NCBI RefSeq assembly: GCF_036321535.1
Contig: NC_087446.1
Span: 248,001 to 312,000, forward strand
Source: Camelus dromedarius
Taxonomy: Eukaryota
Direction: 5' to 3'
DNA length: 64,000 nucleotides
In this document: piece after piece, positions 22,470 to 36,099 of the stretch
Layout of the letters: the number at the start of each line of letters is the position of its first letter
How positions within the stretch are numbered: the stretch's first letter is position 1
Position numbers and translations under genes: made by a program
The notes under the pieces: model-generated
The model's database searches: none
What the model was told of the DNA's origin: nothing
What the model saw: the letters and a program-made list of their open reading frames with translations, nothing else

Positions 22470-25240
22470 AGGTTCTGGCTTCACAGGTGAATTCTACAAA
22501 ACATTTAAAGAAGAGTTAACACCTATTCTCAAACTATTCCAAATATTGCAAAGGAAGGAACACTTCTAAACTCATTCTGCGAGGCCAGCATCACCTTGAT
22601 ACCAAAACCAGAAAAAAAATCACACAAAAAAGAAAATTACAGGCCAGTATTACAGATGAACATAGATGCCAAAGTCTTCAACAAAATACAGCAAACCAAA
22701 CTCAAAAAATATAGTAAAAGGATCATATACCATGATCAAGTGGACTTATCACAAGGATGCAAGGACTGTTCAACATCACAGATCAGTCAGCGTGATGCAG
22801 CACATTAACAAACTGAAGAATAAAGACCCTATGATTATCTCGATAGATGCAAAAAAAGCTTTTGAAGACACAAAGTAACTTACAAAACAGAAACAGACTC
22901 ACAGACATAGAAAACAAACTTATGGTTACCAGTGGGGAGAGGAGTGGGAAGGGATAAATCGGGAGTTTGAGATTTGCAGATGCTAATTAACATATATAAA
23001 GTAGATAAACAACAAGTTTCTACTGTATAACACAGGGAACCATATTCAATACCTTGTAGTAACCTATGGTGAAGAAGAATATGAGAACAAATGTATGTAT
23101 GTTCCTATGTGACTGAAGTATTTTGCTGTACACTAGAAATTGACACAACATTGTAAACTGACTGTACTTCAATAAAAATATATTTTTTAAAAAAGTTTAA
23201 AAAAAGATTTGCAGATACTAACTACTATATATAAAAATAGATAAACAACAAGTTTCTACTGTATAGCACAGGGAACTATATTCAGTACCTTATAATAACC
23301 TATAATAAAAAAGAATATGAAAAGGAATATATGTATGTATATGTATGACTGAAATATTATGCTGTACACTAGAAATTGACACATCATCAACTGACTATAC
23401 TTCAATTTAAAAAAAAAAAGAGAGAGAAAAGAAAAAAAGCTTTTGACAAAATCCAACGTCCACTTATGATTAAAACGCTCTGCAAAATGGGTATAGAGGA
23501 AACATACCTCAACATAATAAAGGCCATATATCATAAGCCCACAGCTAACATCACACTCAATGGTGAAAGACTGAAAGCACTTCCTCTAAGATCAGGCACA
23601 AGACTGATGTCCACTTGGGATGCCCACTCTCACTACTCTTATTGAACATAGTATTGAAATTCTAGCAACAGCAAATAGACAAGAAAAATAAATAAAAGGA
23701 ATCGAAATTGGAAAGGAAGAAGTGAAACTGTCATATGCATATGACATGAAACTATGCATAGAAAATCCTAAAGACACCACCAAAAAAACTATTAGAATTC
23801 ATCAGTGAACTCAGTAAAGTTGCAGGATACAAAATTAATACACAGAAATCTGTTTTGTTTCTTTACAATAGCAATGAACTATCTGAAAGAGAAATTAAGA
23901 AAGTAATCCCATTTGCCATTGCATCAAAAAGAATAAAATACCTAGGAATAAATGTAACCAAGGATGTAAAAAACCTGTACTCAAAAAACTATAAGACACT
24001 GATGAAAGAAATTGAAGACAACACAAACAAATGGAAAGATACACTGTGTTCATGGATTAGAAGAATTAATATTGTTAAAATGACTGAACTACCCAAGGCA
24101 CTCTACAGATTCAGCTCAATCCCTATCAAAACACCAAAGGCATTTTTCACAGAACTAGAACAAATAATTCTAACACTTGTATGCAAACACGAAAGACCTC
24201 AAATAGCCAAAACAATCTTGAAAAAGAAGAACAGAGCTGGAGGAATCATGCTCCCAGACTTCAGACTATGCTACAAAGCTACAGTAATCAAAACAGTATG
24301 TTACTGGCACAAAAACAGACACATTGGTCAATGGAATAGAATAAACAGCTCAGAAATAAACTCATGCACTTATAGTCAGTTACCTTATGACAAAGGAGGC
24401 AAGAATATACAATGAGGAAAAGACAATCTCTTCAATAAGTGGTACTGGGAAAACTAGAGAGCTACATGTAAAAGAATGAAATTAGAGCATTTTCTCACAT
24501 CGCATACAAAAATAAACTCAAAATGAATTAAAGATCTAAATGTAAGACCAGAAACCATAAAATTCCTAGGAAATATGGGCAGAATACTCTTTGACATAAA
24601 TCATAGCAACATTTTTTAGATCTGTCTCCTAAGGCAATGGAAACAAAAGCAAAAATAAACAAATGGGACCTAATTAAAGTTAAACACTTTTGCACAGCAA
24701 AGGAAACCATCAACAAAAGAGAAAGACAACCTACTGAAGGAGACAACATTTGCAAATAGTATGACTGATAAGGGGTTAATATCCAAAATATATAAATAGC
24801 TTGCACAACTCATTATCAAAAAACCAAACAACCTAATTTAAAAATTGGCAGGAAAGTACTGAACCACTAAGCTGTACACTCAAAACTAATATAATATTGT
24901 AAATCAGTGACAATTTAGTTTAAAAAAGAGAAAAAGAAAAAAAAAATAGAAGACCTGAATAGACTTTTTTTTCCAAAAAACACATAAGGATGGCCAACAG
25001 GCACCTGAAAAGATGCTCAACATCATTAATCATCAGGGAAATGTAAATCAAAAGCACAGTGAGATATCATCTCACACGTGTCAGAATGGCTATTAACAAA
25101 GAGCTAAGCAATAACAAGTGTAGGCGAGGATGTGGAGAAAAGGGAACACTTGTACGCTGCTGGTGGGAATGTAAATTGGTGGAGCCACTCTGGAAACAGT
25201 ATAGCAATTCCTCATAAAACTAAAATTAGAACTACCGTCT
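22470..25240 (+). mobile_element. LINE-1 ORF2 (RT to C-terminus) with a nested L1 3'-end insertion at 22866-23431
   Basis: ORF2p translations at 23376-23645 and 23855-24415 ([34 protein letters not shown]). Confidence 0.9.
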
Positions 25241-26721
25241 CCCTCTCCCTCAGCATCTAGGTTTCACTGAAATGGTTTAATTTTTATTAGAACCTGTTTG
25301 TGAAGTGGGGGAGATTCATGGCTCCACAACGTCTCCTCTCTCCCTCCATTGCAGAGTCTGGCTCTGGTATATTTGCTGTTTGTTTCTACTCTTCCTGGAT
25401 TTTCCTCTCGGGCACTGATGCTCTGCTCTCTGAGATCCCATCACCCCAGCACCCCTCCCACGCAGGTAGGTGGAGGCTCTCCTGGGGAAGGACCCTGCGT
25501 GTGTCTTTCCCTGCAGGAGACCTTTCTTGCTATCTTGCCATCCTCCAGCTTCCACTCTGATGTTTCCTTTTGTAGGTAATTTGGGTTTTCTTCCTAGAAG
25601 CTTGTAAGATATCTTTGTCTTGTAGCTGAACAGTTGCCTTTCCCATCAGGCCGCCCCGGGGTCCAGAAAGCACCTCAGGTAACAGACTCCAGTCTGGCTT
25701 CAGCCGAGAAGAGTTCTCGTCTGGTGTTGACTGAAGCACCAGTTTTTCCTCTTCTCCTTCTAGAACGCCTGTGTTTAGCCAGGTACATACCTCCTCAAGC
25801 TGTTTATCTTTTCCCTCACGGCTTCCCCTGTATTTTTCCTCCGTGCTTTGGGGGCTTTCCTGCTCTTGGGTCTCCGAGGCACCAGCTCAGTTTCTGGCAC
25901 CACCGTTCCCCGCTGTGGTTCAGATACTGGAAGTTAACTGCTTGCATGTTATATATCGTATTAGACCATGTCAGGGGCTGTTTGGGGATGGGGTTTCAGT
26001 GTGCAGGGGCGCAGGCCGCGCTGTTTCTTTTCACCGTGGTTTTTTCCTCATCAACAGCTCCATGTCACCAGCCTCGGCAGACTGGCCTTCCTCAGCTTCT
26101 CCAGACATTAAACAGCGACCCCTCAGCCCTCCTGAAACTCTCCACGCGGTCCTCCTAGTGCCGCCACTCTTGGTCTTCCTTCCATCTCGCTGGTTGCTGG
26201 CTCCCCCCTATCTTACAAAAAGACGCTGTGTGGGCCCGGCCAGACCTGCCTGAGCCAGGTCCCTGCCAAGCCTTGGGGACAGTCCCTGTCACACGGTGGC
26301 AACGCATTTCCCTATGAACGACGCCTAACCATCATTACGTAAGCCGAGGGCAAGCCAGCGAGATGGCCCTGGCGACATAAAGAGAAAGTACACCAGGAAC
26401 CCGGATGCAGATCTAAGTGTCGTTTCTTGCAAATGGCACTTTTAAATAACCACGTCAGGTAATTCATCATGCGGGAGTTTCACTGTAAGGCGGTTGGGAT
26501 GTGTCTGCGGCATTCACTCTGGTGGCGAACGCGAGAGTCGCCCACGGGGCGGTGGAGCCTTGAGGAGCTGTGCTGCCCGAGCACCCCAGCACCTGCAGCT
26601 CGCGAAGCAGTCAGCCGAGCCCGGGAGACTGGAACTTCCAGATGATTCACACGTCGGAGCGCTCCCTTCTGCCAAATCCCTCGGCCTCTGCTGCGGCGCC
26701 CTCGCGCTCCGCCCTCCAAGG

Positions 26722-26850
26722 CAGAGGTCAGCAAAGGTTTTTTGTAAAGGGCCAGATAGTGACGTTTTTTGTCTTTGCAGGTCACGAGGTCTCGGTTGCT
26801 ACTACCCAACTCTGCCGTTGTAGCAGAACGTGGAAGCGGCCGCGGACAGC
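26722..26850. mobile_element. MER58-like hAT element
   Basis: cagaggtcagcaaa..tgtaaagggccagatagt..tactacccaactctgccgttgtagc. Confidence 0.6.
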
Positions 26851-26989
26851 ACCACAGGAGTGGTGGCTCTGCTCCAACCCGCCGCGCGGCTGGATTTGAT
26901 GACCCCATAATCCCCAGGACGGCTGATGCCTCCCAGGCCACCTCCGCCTGGACCCCTCCACCAAGCCCCGCGCTTCTGTCTCTCCGTAC

Positions 26990-27118
26990 TTTATTTTTTT
27001 GTCAGGGTGAAGGAGGGAGGTAATTTGGGTTATTTTTTTAATGGACGTACTGGGGATTGAACCCCAGGACTTCGTGCATTTAGCACGCGCTTTACCACTG
27101 AGCTCTACCTCCTCCCCC
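26990..27118 (-). mobile_element. tRNA-derived SINE (Vic-1-like)
   Basis: Reverse complement: gggggaggaggtagagctcagtggtaaagcgcg..gtcctggggttcaatccccagtac. Confidence 0.75.
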
Positions 27119-27199
27119 ATTCTGTACTTTAGAACCTAAAAACTAAATTTTTCATTCTCACTTGAAGCTGAACTTCTGAGTGGAGTTGTTGAGTTAGGC

Positions 27200-27510
27200 A
27201 CAGCCTTGTGAGGTCGAGAAGGCAGCATGTCTTCTCATTTGCCTGCAGACAAATGAGGCAGTGGAGACAGCTGCTAAGAGAGGGTGCAGTGCAGGCAGCA
27301 GGAGCTAAGTGTCACCACCCCGGGTTCCTGGCCTCACGTCGCAGCTACCAAGTCTCTTCTTCAGCTCAATGGCCCCTCACCATCCCTCTCAGTCCCTACA
27401 CCATCAGCTCATCGAATAATTTTATAATATCCCATGGTATAAATCCATTTCTGCCTTAAAAACATAAGAGTTGTTTCTGTTTTCTGCACTGAGCCCTGAC
27501 TGACACACCC
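27200..27510 (+). mobile_element. MLT2-like ERVL LTR remnant
   Basis: 3' end ..ttgtttctgtttctgcactgagccctgactgacaca resembles the MLT2 terminus. Confidence 0.45.
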
Positions 27511-27621
27511 ACCAAAACAGCCTGGCCCTGTCATCCTCACCTCAGAAAATGACATCTCCATCCACATCCATGAATCAGGCTCCAGGCAGAAGATAAAAAC
27601 CACACTGGCAATGTGAAAAGG

Positions 27622-27687
<66 letters not shown>
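27622..27687. repeat. A-run followed by (TA)n microsatellite (~25 units)
   Basis: Directly visible. Confidence 0.95.
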
Positions 27688-27689
<2 letters not shown>

Positions 27690-30686
27690 AATTGTTAACG
27701 AGTAAAAGGAGGTTACCTACTAAGTAGGTAAGAGAGACTCCAAGGGTTACAGAAGCATCCAGTGCCGGCAGTTGGTACTACCTGTGGGGCTGAAGGGATG
27801 GGGAATCTGGAAGAGCCCTGCTCCCTGCTGCACAGTGAGGCTTACAGCTCCTTGGAGGGGCAAGGCTTCCACAAAAAATGTGCAGCTGCTGATGAGGAAA
27901 GAGGCTGCAAGTCAGAGCTGGTGCATAAGAGCAGCTGCCACATGAGAACATGAATTGGTAACAGGCACACAGTGACCAAGCCAAAAAACAAGAGGTGATT
28001 CCTACCTGCCCTCCTCTCTGATGTCCAACATGTCACCAGAGCAGCTCAGTTCTACCTCTGAAACATATCTCCAGCCACTTCCTTCTCTGTCTTCACCGTC
28101 ACTGTTTTAGTCCAAGTCACAACAGCTCCAACTTGGACCTAGAAAAAATACAACCTGTTCCTAAATTGGTAAACTCAAAACTATAAACCAGCCAGTCATT
28201 GCCCCAATTAATCTATACAATCAGTGCAATCCCAGTCAATTTCAAATGATTCAGAAATTCACCTAGAAAAAAATGCATACAATTAACCAAGAAATTTTGG
28301 GGAAGGAAGGCACAAGAAAAGGTACTTACTCTATCGGAAATCAATATAGTTTAAACATACTAGACCTTATAAAGATGGAATTCTTTTGACAAGCAAAAGA
28401 TTACCAATAACAAAATAGAAAGGAAAATAAAAAATCCAGAAAACATATGATCCCCAAAAAGTTAACATATGTAACATAAAAATATCTTACAAATCAATAA
28501 GAAAATACCACAAAGCCAATAGAAAAATTGGCCAAAACACACAAACAGGCAGTTCACCGTAATACATGTGGCCAATAAATACATGAAACAATCTATTCCT
28601 CTAAAACCACTGAAATGAAATCTCAGCAGAACAATAATCTGTTTTCATCTCAGAATGGCCAAGGTTTAGAGATTCTGTGGTGGGAGCCACAGTCCAAATC
28701 CGAATCTCAGCCCCACCACTTTCTAAACATGTAGCCCTTCGTGCCTCAGTTTCTTTGCCTGTAAAACTGGAATAAATAATAGCACTTGACTCAGAGCTTT
28801 GGTGTGAAGATTAAACAAAATAATTTTGGTAAATCAGTATTCAGAATAATGCCTGCCATATAACACAGGCTTTATAAATCCTACTTGGCTACCATTATAT
28901 AAAAGGTTGAACTTAACTTTCATTGGCTAGGGTTTCAGAAATAGAAACATTCATAATCCACTGGAGAAAGTGTAAATTCATTTACTTATTCACAAAATGT
29001 TTGCCACCTCATGGGACATGACAGTGAACAAAGGAGACAGTTCCTTCCCTCACTGGCCAGCATTCTAAGAGAATGCACTTTCGAGGCAGGCAATTAAGCA
29101 AAATATGCCGAAATACGAAATGTTTGCACCGACCTGAAGAATCTGGCCCCTGAGTAGATCTTTTGTTAGCACCCGCTCTTCTATAGAGCAGTATGATTGT
29201 CAGTAATAATCATGGAATAAGCAGCAATAATGATTACTTTATTGACTTATTCTTTACTTCTAACTAGCCATTAAATTTGTGGCTTCTAAATAATAATTTT
29301 CAATCTTAAAAATATTCAAATTCAGTCAAATAATTCACACATGAAATAAAGTTTGCACCAACAAAACCTTTCAACAAAACAATTACTTTGCAGTTTGCCC
29401 TACTTCACTATTTTAGATGTTAGACGCAAAGACTCTCAGTGGTCAGGTAGAAAAAAAAGAGTTAAGAGAACTCAAGTTCTGTTTCTTCCTGTTACAATTG
29501 CTCTGGTATCATTTTTCATCTCAAATCTACTACTTAAAGGGAGAAATATGTGTTGTAACAGGGAGAGGAGACCTTAACTGCCCAGGCCTGAGCTCTGAAG
29601 ACCACTCGTGATACCCAAGCATGACACGGTTACCCTCCCAAGGAAAGCTTGTCTGCCAACCATCAAGCTGAAGTCCTCTAAATTAACTTCTATACACAAT
29701 ATGTTCACTGAAGGGGAAAGGATAATACAAGTTGCTAATTGGAAACATACGCATATGCTACTAAAACTCAGTAGTGACCACAGTATTGTTTAAAACAATA
29801 AAGATTTGAAGGGAGGAATATTTTATGTCTAACGTTCTTTAGAGCTGCTGGGCTCATGAGGATGCTAAAAAGCAGGTCAACTTTGGAACACTTTGAGTAT
29901 TGTTTTAAGACTCTCTACCAAAGCACCCTTGCAGGCTTCTCCCTTTCAACCCTAGGAGGCCCCTTGGAGGCTCCAGACCACAGGGGCTCCCAGCAACCCT
30001 GGTCTTGGTTCTCACTCCATAGGAGCACTGGCTGAGAGCTCTGGTCACAGGCTAGGAATTCCCACCAGATCACTGGGCAGTCCTCCTGGCCCTTCTTTTC
30101 CAGGGGGAGGTAGGCAAGTGGCCAAGTTGGCAGAATAGATCCATTCTTTTAGGTTACTTGACTGTTCTTTTTTCTAATGTTTGTAAGATAAATGCTAAGT
30201 GTCTTTATTTAAAATTTTTCTTCATTAATAATGAAGTCATTTATGGCTATATGTTTTCCTCTGAACACAGCTTTAGCTATGTCTTCTAAAGCTGGGTGTG
30301 AAGGGATCTGCCTTTGCAGTTTTATGTATAATTTGTAACTTCACATTTGAGTTTCTCTTTGATCCAGGGCATTTTCAAAGAGAATCTGTTAATTTCCAAG
30401 TAATTAACTTTTTAAAAAATATTTTACTGTTTGCTTAGAATTGTTTTGGATTGTGATCAGATAATGTGTCCTGTTATATATAGCTCTTTATTCAACCTGA
30501 ATGGGCTTTTTTGTGGCCTGGTACATGGTTATTTTCTGCAACTATTCCATGGGCTTAAATAGATGCAAAGTTCTCTCTCTACACATAATAATTAAACTGA
30601 GCTTGATTTCTTTATTCTCCCACTAGCTTCTGTCTGCAGATCTGTCCATTTCTGGAATGGGTCTAGTGAAGCCCGTGAAACGGTGA

Positions 30687-32792
<2,106 letters not shown>

Positions 32793-32859
32793 TCGGCCGG
32801 GCGGGCGCGGCCCCACAAATGTTTTTCTTAAAAGATTCGGGAGCCAGCAGCGTGTCGCC

Positions 32860-33105
32860 TTCCCTCTGCTTGCGGCGCGGCGGGCGGGCAAGAGAGGCCG
32901 CAAGCGGGCCCTCGTGATTGGTCGGGATACCCGCCCCTCCAAGGCGGTGATTGGCCCAGAGCCCCGCCTGTCCGCGAGGCCCCGCCCCTCCGTGGATCTG
33001 GCCGGAGGCGCCATCCCGCCGCTCCCACGCTGTGGCCGCCGGCAAGACAGAGAGGAACCCGCTAGGATTCGAAAGAAGACGGGCTAGGGCCTCTGTGCAG
33101 GACAG
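32860..33105 (+). promoter_or_regulatory. Retained TYMP-position CpG promoter and non-coding exon 1
   Basis: CpG-dense. Two inverted CCAAT boxes (ATTGG 32917-32921 and 32950-32954), several CCGCCC GC boxes, and an intact donor cag|GTACGG at 33106. Confidence 0.55.
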
Positions 33106-33289
33106 GTACGGACCGGGGTCAGTTGTGAGACCGAGATGTGGGAGCCAGACATGGAGACATGCACACGGGCGACACAGACACAGGACTGAGGGGACTACAC
33201 GAGAGAAAAACGGGAACCGGGTCGGGACAAGTGAGCCTGGCTGCAGTGACACGGACACAGGGCGGCGACAGGTTCCAAGTGTGTCGCAG

Positions 33290-35865
33290 CCCGGAGTAGT
33301 TGCGGACCCCTGTCCCCACCTGCCCCAGTTGAATCTGCTGAACTCTCCCAGGGAGGGAGCCGGAGCCCAAGCAACTGCCTACTGAAGTCAGGGGTTTCGT
33401 GAGTGCCGTCCTGGAAGGCACAGGGCGCGCAAATCCATGCGTGGCGACGGCTGGCCGCCCCTGACTCCGACCCAAAGGTCAGGCCCAGAGACTGCCTGCC
33501 CCCGGCGACGCCATAGCGCCCCACCACTGCCACTGCCACTCAGGATAACCTACTGCAGGGGGAACGCCCTCCCTCCTTGTGCTGCCTACACCACTGTACC
33601 CACGCCTAGGGGCCATGATCTTGCCAACCGCCTGCGAGGCATGGATCTGGTGGAGACTGCAGCGCTGACCCGTCCTGGGCAAGTCTGGGCAGCAGCTGGA
33701 GTGGCCTGGTGCCTATAGCTCGGGGACAAACGTGCCCTGAGGCAGAGTCTTGGCACCTGCCCTGCCTGCCTGTGGCTGCAAGGTTAAAAGATGCCTCCTC
33801 TCAAGACCAGAAACTCTGACCTCAAAGAGGTCAGCAGCCCAATTCAAGCCTGGCCCAAACAGGACCCCAGGACAGAACCTGAATCTCCCTTCCCATCAAC
33901 CCCCAAGAACAGGAACAAGTCTTCCAGCTCTCCCTCCTAGATTCCGCAGGCAGGACTCCCAAAGGAAGAGCCGGTACTGCTACCCCTCCACCCCCAGACT
34001 TGTGCCTCAAGCGAGAGGTACTTGCCTCCTCCCCCACTGACACCCCCATCCCAAACCAGGACAATCTGTTTTCAGTTCCCTCTCCAGTTGAATACCCACT
34101 ACACTGCTTAGTAAATATTTAACTCCAGTTGAAGTTCTAACCAGGGAAGGTGAGGAGAAATGTGGGGGTGGGGATGTGACTATGCAGGTGTACTCAGCAT
34201 CCCTGTCCAGCATGTACCAATGATCAGTGGACATGGTCTGGGGCACATGGGGAGCACCTTGGATATTTCTGGATTTAGTGTCACCTAGAGCCCAGAGCAG
34301 GTACAGGTGGGCCACTGATGGGTCATTGACCTGGGTTATTGATGGATACATTGGCCAGACTCTCTAGAAGATCATTAGTGAGGATATTGACCAGTTATTC
34401 ATGGCGCCTAGGACTTTGATCAAGATCATCAATGGAAATTTGATTGAAGTCATTAATAGGGACTTTGTAAAATACTGACAGGCCTCTGATTAATCATTAA
34501 TGAGCCACAGGACATTGATCAATATTCTGGACGAGTCATTAGTGAGGACTTATCAGAATCATTCCTAAGTCACTGGTCATGATTTTGAACATTTTGTCAA
34601 GGTTGCTGATGAGTTTTCAGTCGGGGTCAGTGATGAGGTTACTGATCAGAGGCCACTGAAGGTCACCAAGAGCCCTTATGCGGGGGGGGGGGGGGGGGGC
34701 TGGCCAGATGCAAGGGCTGCCGGGGCAAGTAGCTGCTGTATTGTGGGTCAGAGCAGGAAGCTGGTTCTTGCAGATGGAATCCTGTATGAAGCAAGAGATG
34801 TAACAGACACTGTCGACAGCCTGCCACTCATCACAGGTGACCTCACCCCAGACTCCACCTCCTGCATGTTAAAGACCCCAAGCTGTGAACACACACAATC
34901 ACCGGTGATTTGACCCAAACCCAGGGTCAGTGTATGCTCATCACAGGATACCTGATCACCCACTCAAGAGGGTGACCTGACTGATGCACAACCTGTCATC
35001 CCATCACATAGGGAACTTTACCCCATGCTCTGGATCCCTGACCCCTCATGACAGACCGGAGATTCAGCATCCTCCACATCTCCTGGGAAGCTCCAGGATC
35101 TCCATCATCTCCAGACCCGTAGCCTCCCCCACAGCCCCCATCCTCAGTGAGAAGGCGACAGACAGCCTGTCTGCTCTGGTGGTAGACAGGAAGTTCAGGG
35201 AAACCGCAGTCGTCCCTATTCAGCCACAGGCGTGGGAGCAGGCAAGCACCAGTGCCTTCTGGAGCCAGTGTGGCCTCTCCGTAGGGGTCGCCGTGTGGTT
35301 GTGTCCTCTCTGATGGTGTGGATCTCATGTGGCCCCAAACTCCCCTTCATAACTTGGGCAGCCTGGTCCCCACGAACCTTTTAGTCCTCCCAGCAGCCCT
35401 GTCTCACCCTGCCTCTGCTGGGACTGGACTCCGTGCTGGCATTCCTCCTTCTTCAGCTTTATCTGAGCAAGGCTGATCTGGTCTGGGGAAACCCTCCCGC
35501 CCGGGCCAGGTACAAGGCTTTCCTGACCCCCACCGCTTAAGTCAAGCACACTGCCTGCTTCAGGTCTCTCCCGTCCCCTCCCAAGCCTTCTGTGATCCCC
35601 TCACTCCACGGGAACTGGCAACCAAGGATGCATCAAGGACTGGAGTCTGACGACACGCAAGATAATGGGCGGGTCCACGCTGAGCCGTGTCTCCGCAGGT
35701 TGGCGCGGGGCGGTTGCTCTGACCGCCAAGGACAACCCCAGCGTAGGCCACTCCCTGGAGTGGAGAAGGCGCTGCTGTGCGGAGGCCCCCGGGCCTGCGG
35801 ACCCAGTCACCCGTCACCAGGCTCGGTGAGGGGACTGGTAGAGGGGCACCCGCTCTGGCTCAGCC
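33290..35865 (+). pseudogene. TYMP: Unitary (unprocessed) pseudogene of thymidine phosphorylase
   Basis: Exon remnants in order: ex2 33290-33436 (PEPKQLP..EVRGFVSAV; no ATG; donor reads AT at 33437); ex3 33610-33782 (RLRGMDLVET..; frameshifts; TAG 33716-33718); ex4 34214-34300 (VPMISGHGLGHMGSTLD-ISGFSVT*SPEQ; TAG 34286-34288; acceptor CAT); ex5 34708-34836 ([34 protein letters not shown]; 1-nt deletion); ex6 35135-~35251 (PILSEKATDSLSALVVDRKF); ex7 35699-35825 (ALTAKDNP..VGHSLE..EKALLC); start of ex8 ~35845-35865 (LWLS). Located between ODF3B and SCO2, as TYMP is in human. Confidence 0.93.
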
Positions 35866-36099
35866 CTACGCCCAGAGACCTCCGTCCGTCCAGTAGCCCA
35901 TGCCCCTCCCTTCCTGAGCCCAGCTTTTCACCCCCAGCCCCCCGCGCCCGCGAGCTGGCCGACACGCGGCAACGAACCCCGAGAGGCGCTCATTGGTGCG
36001 GGTGCCCGTGCGGCTCCACGGGGGCCGGGAGCAAGAAGGTGGAAACCCCGGGCGAGTGCAGACCGCGCCGGGCGAGGCGTGGCCGCCGAGGATGGGCGG

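Noticed and set aside
34681-34699. Long G homopolymers (also ~6620, 21627, 50447, 51107)
   Set aside because: Lengths are unreliable in short-read assemblies and no function can be inferred.
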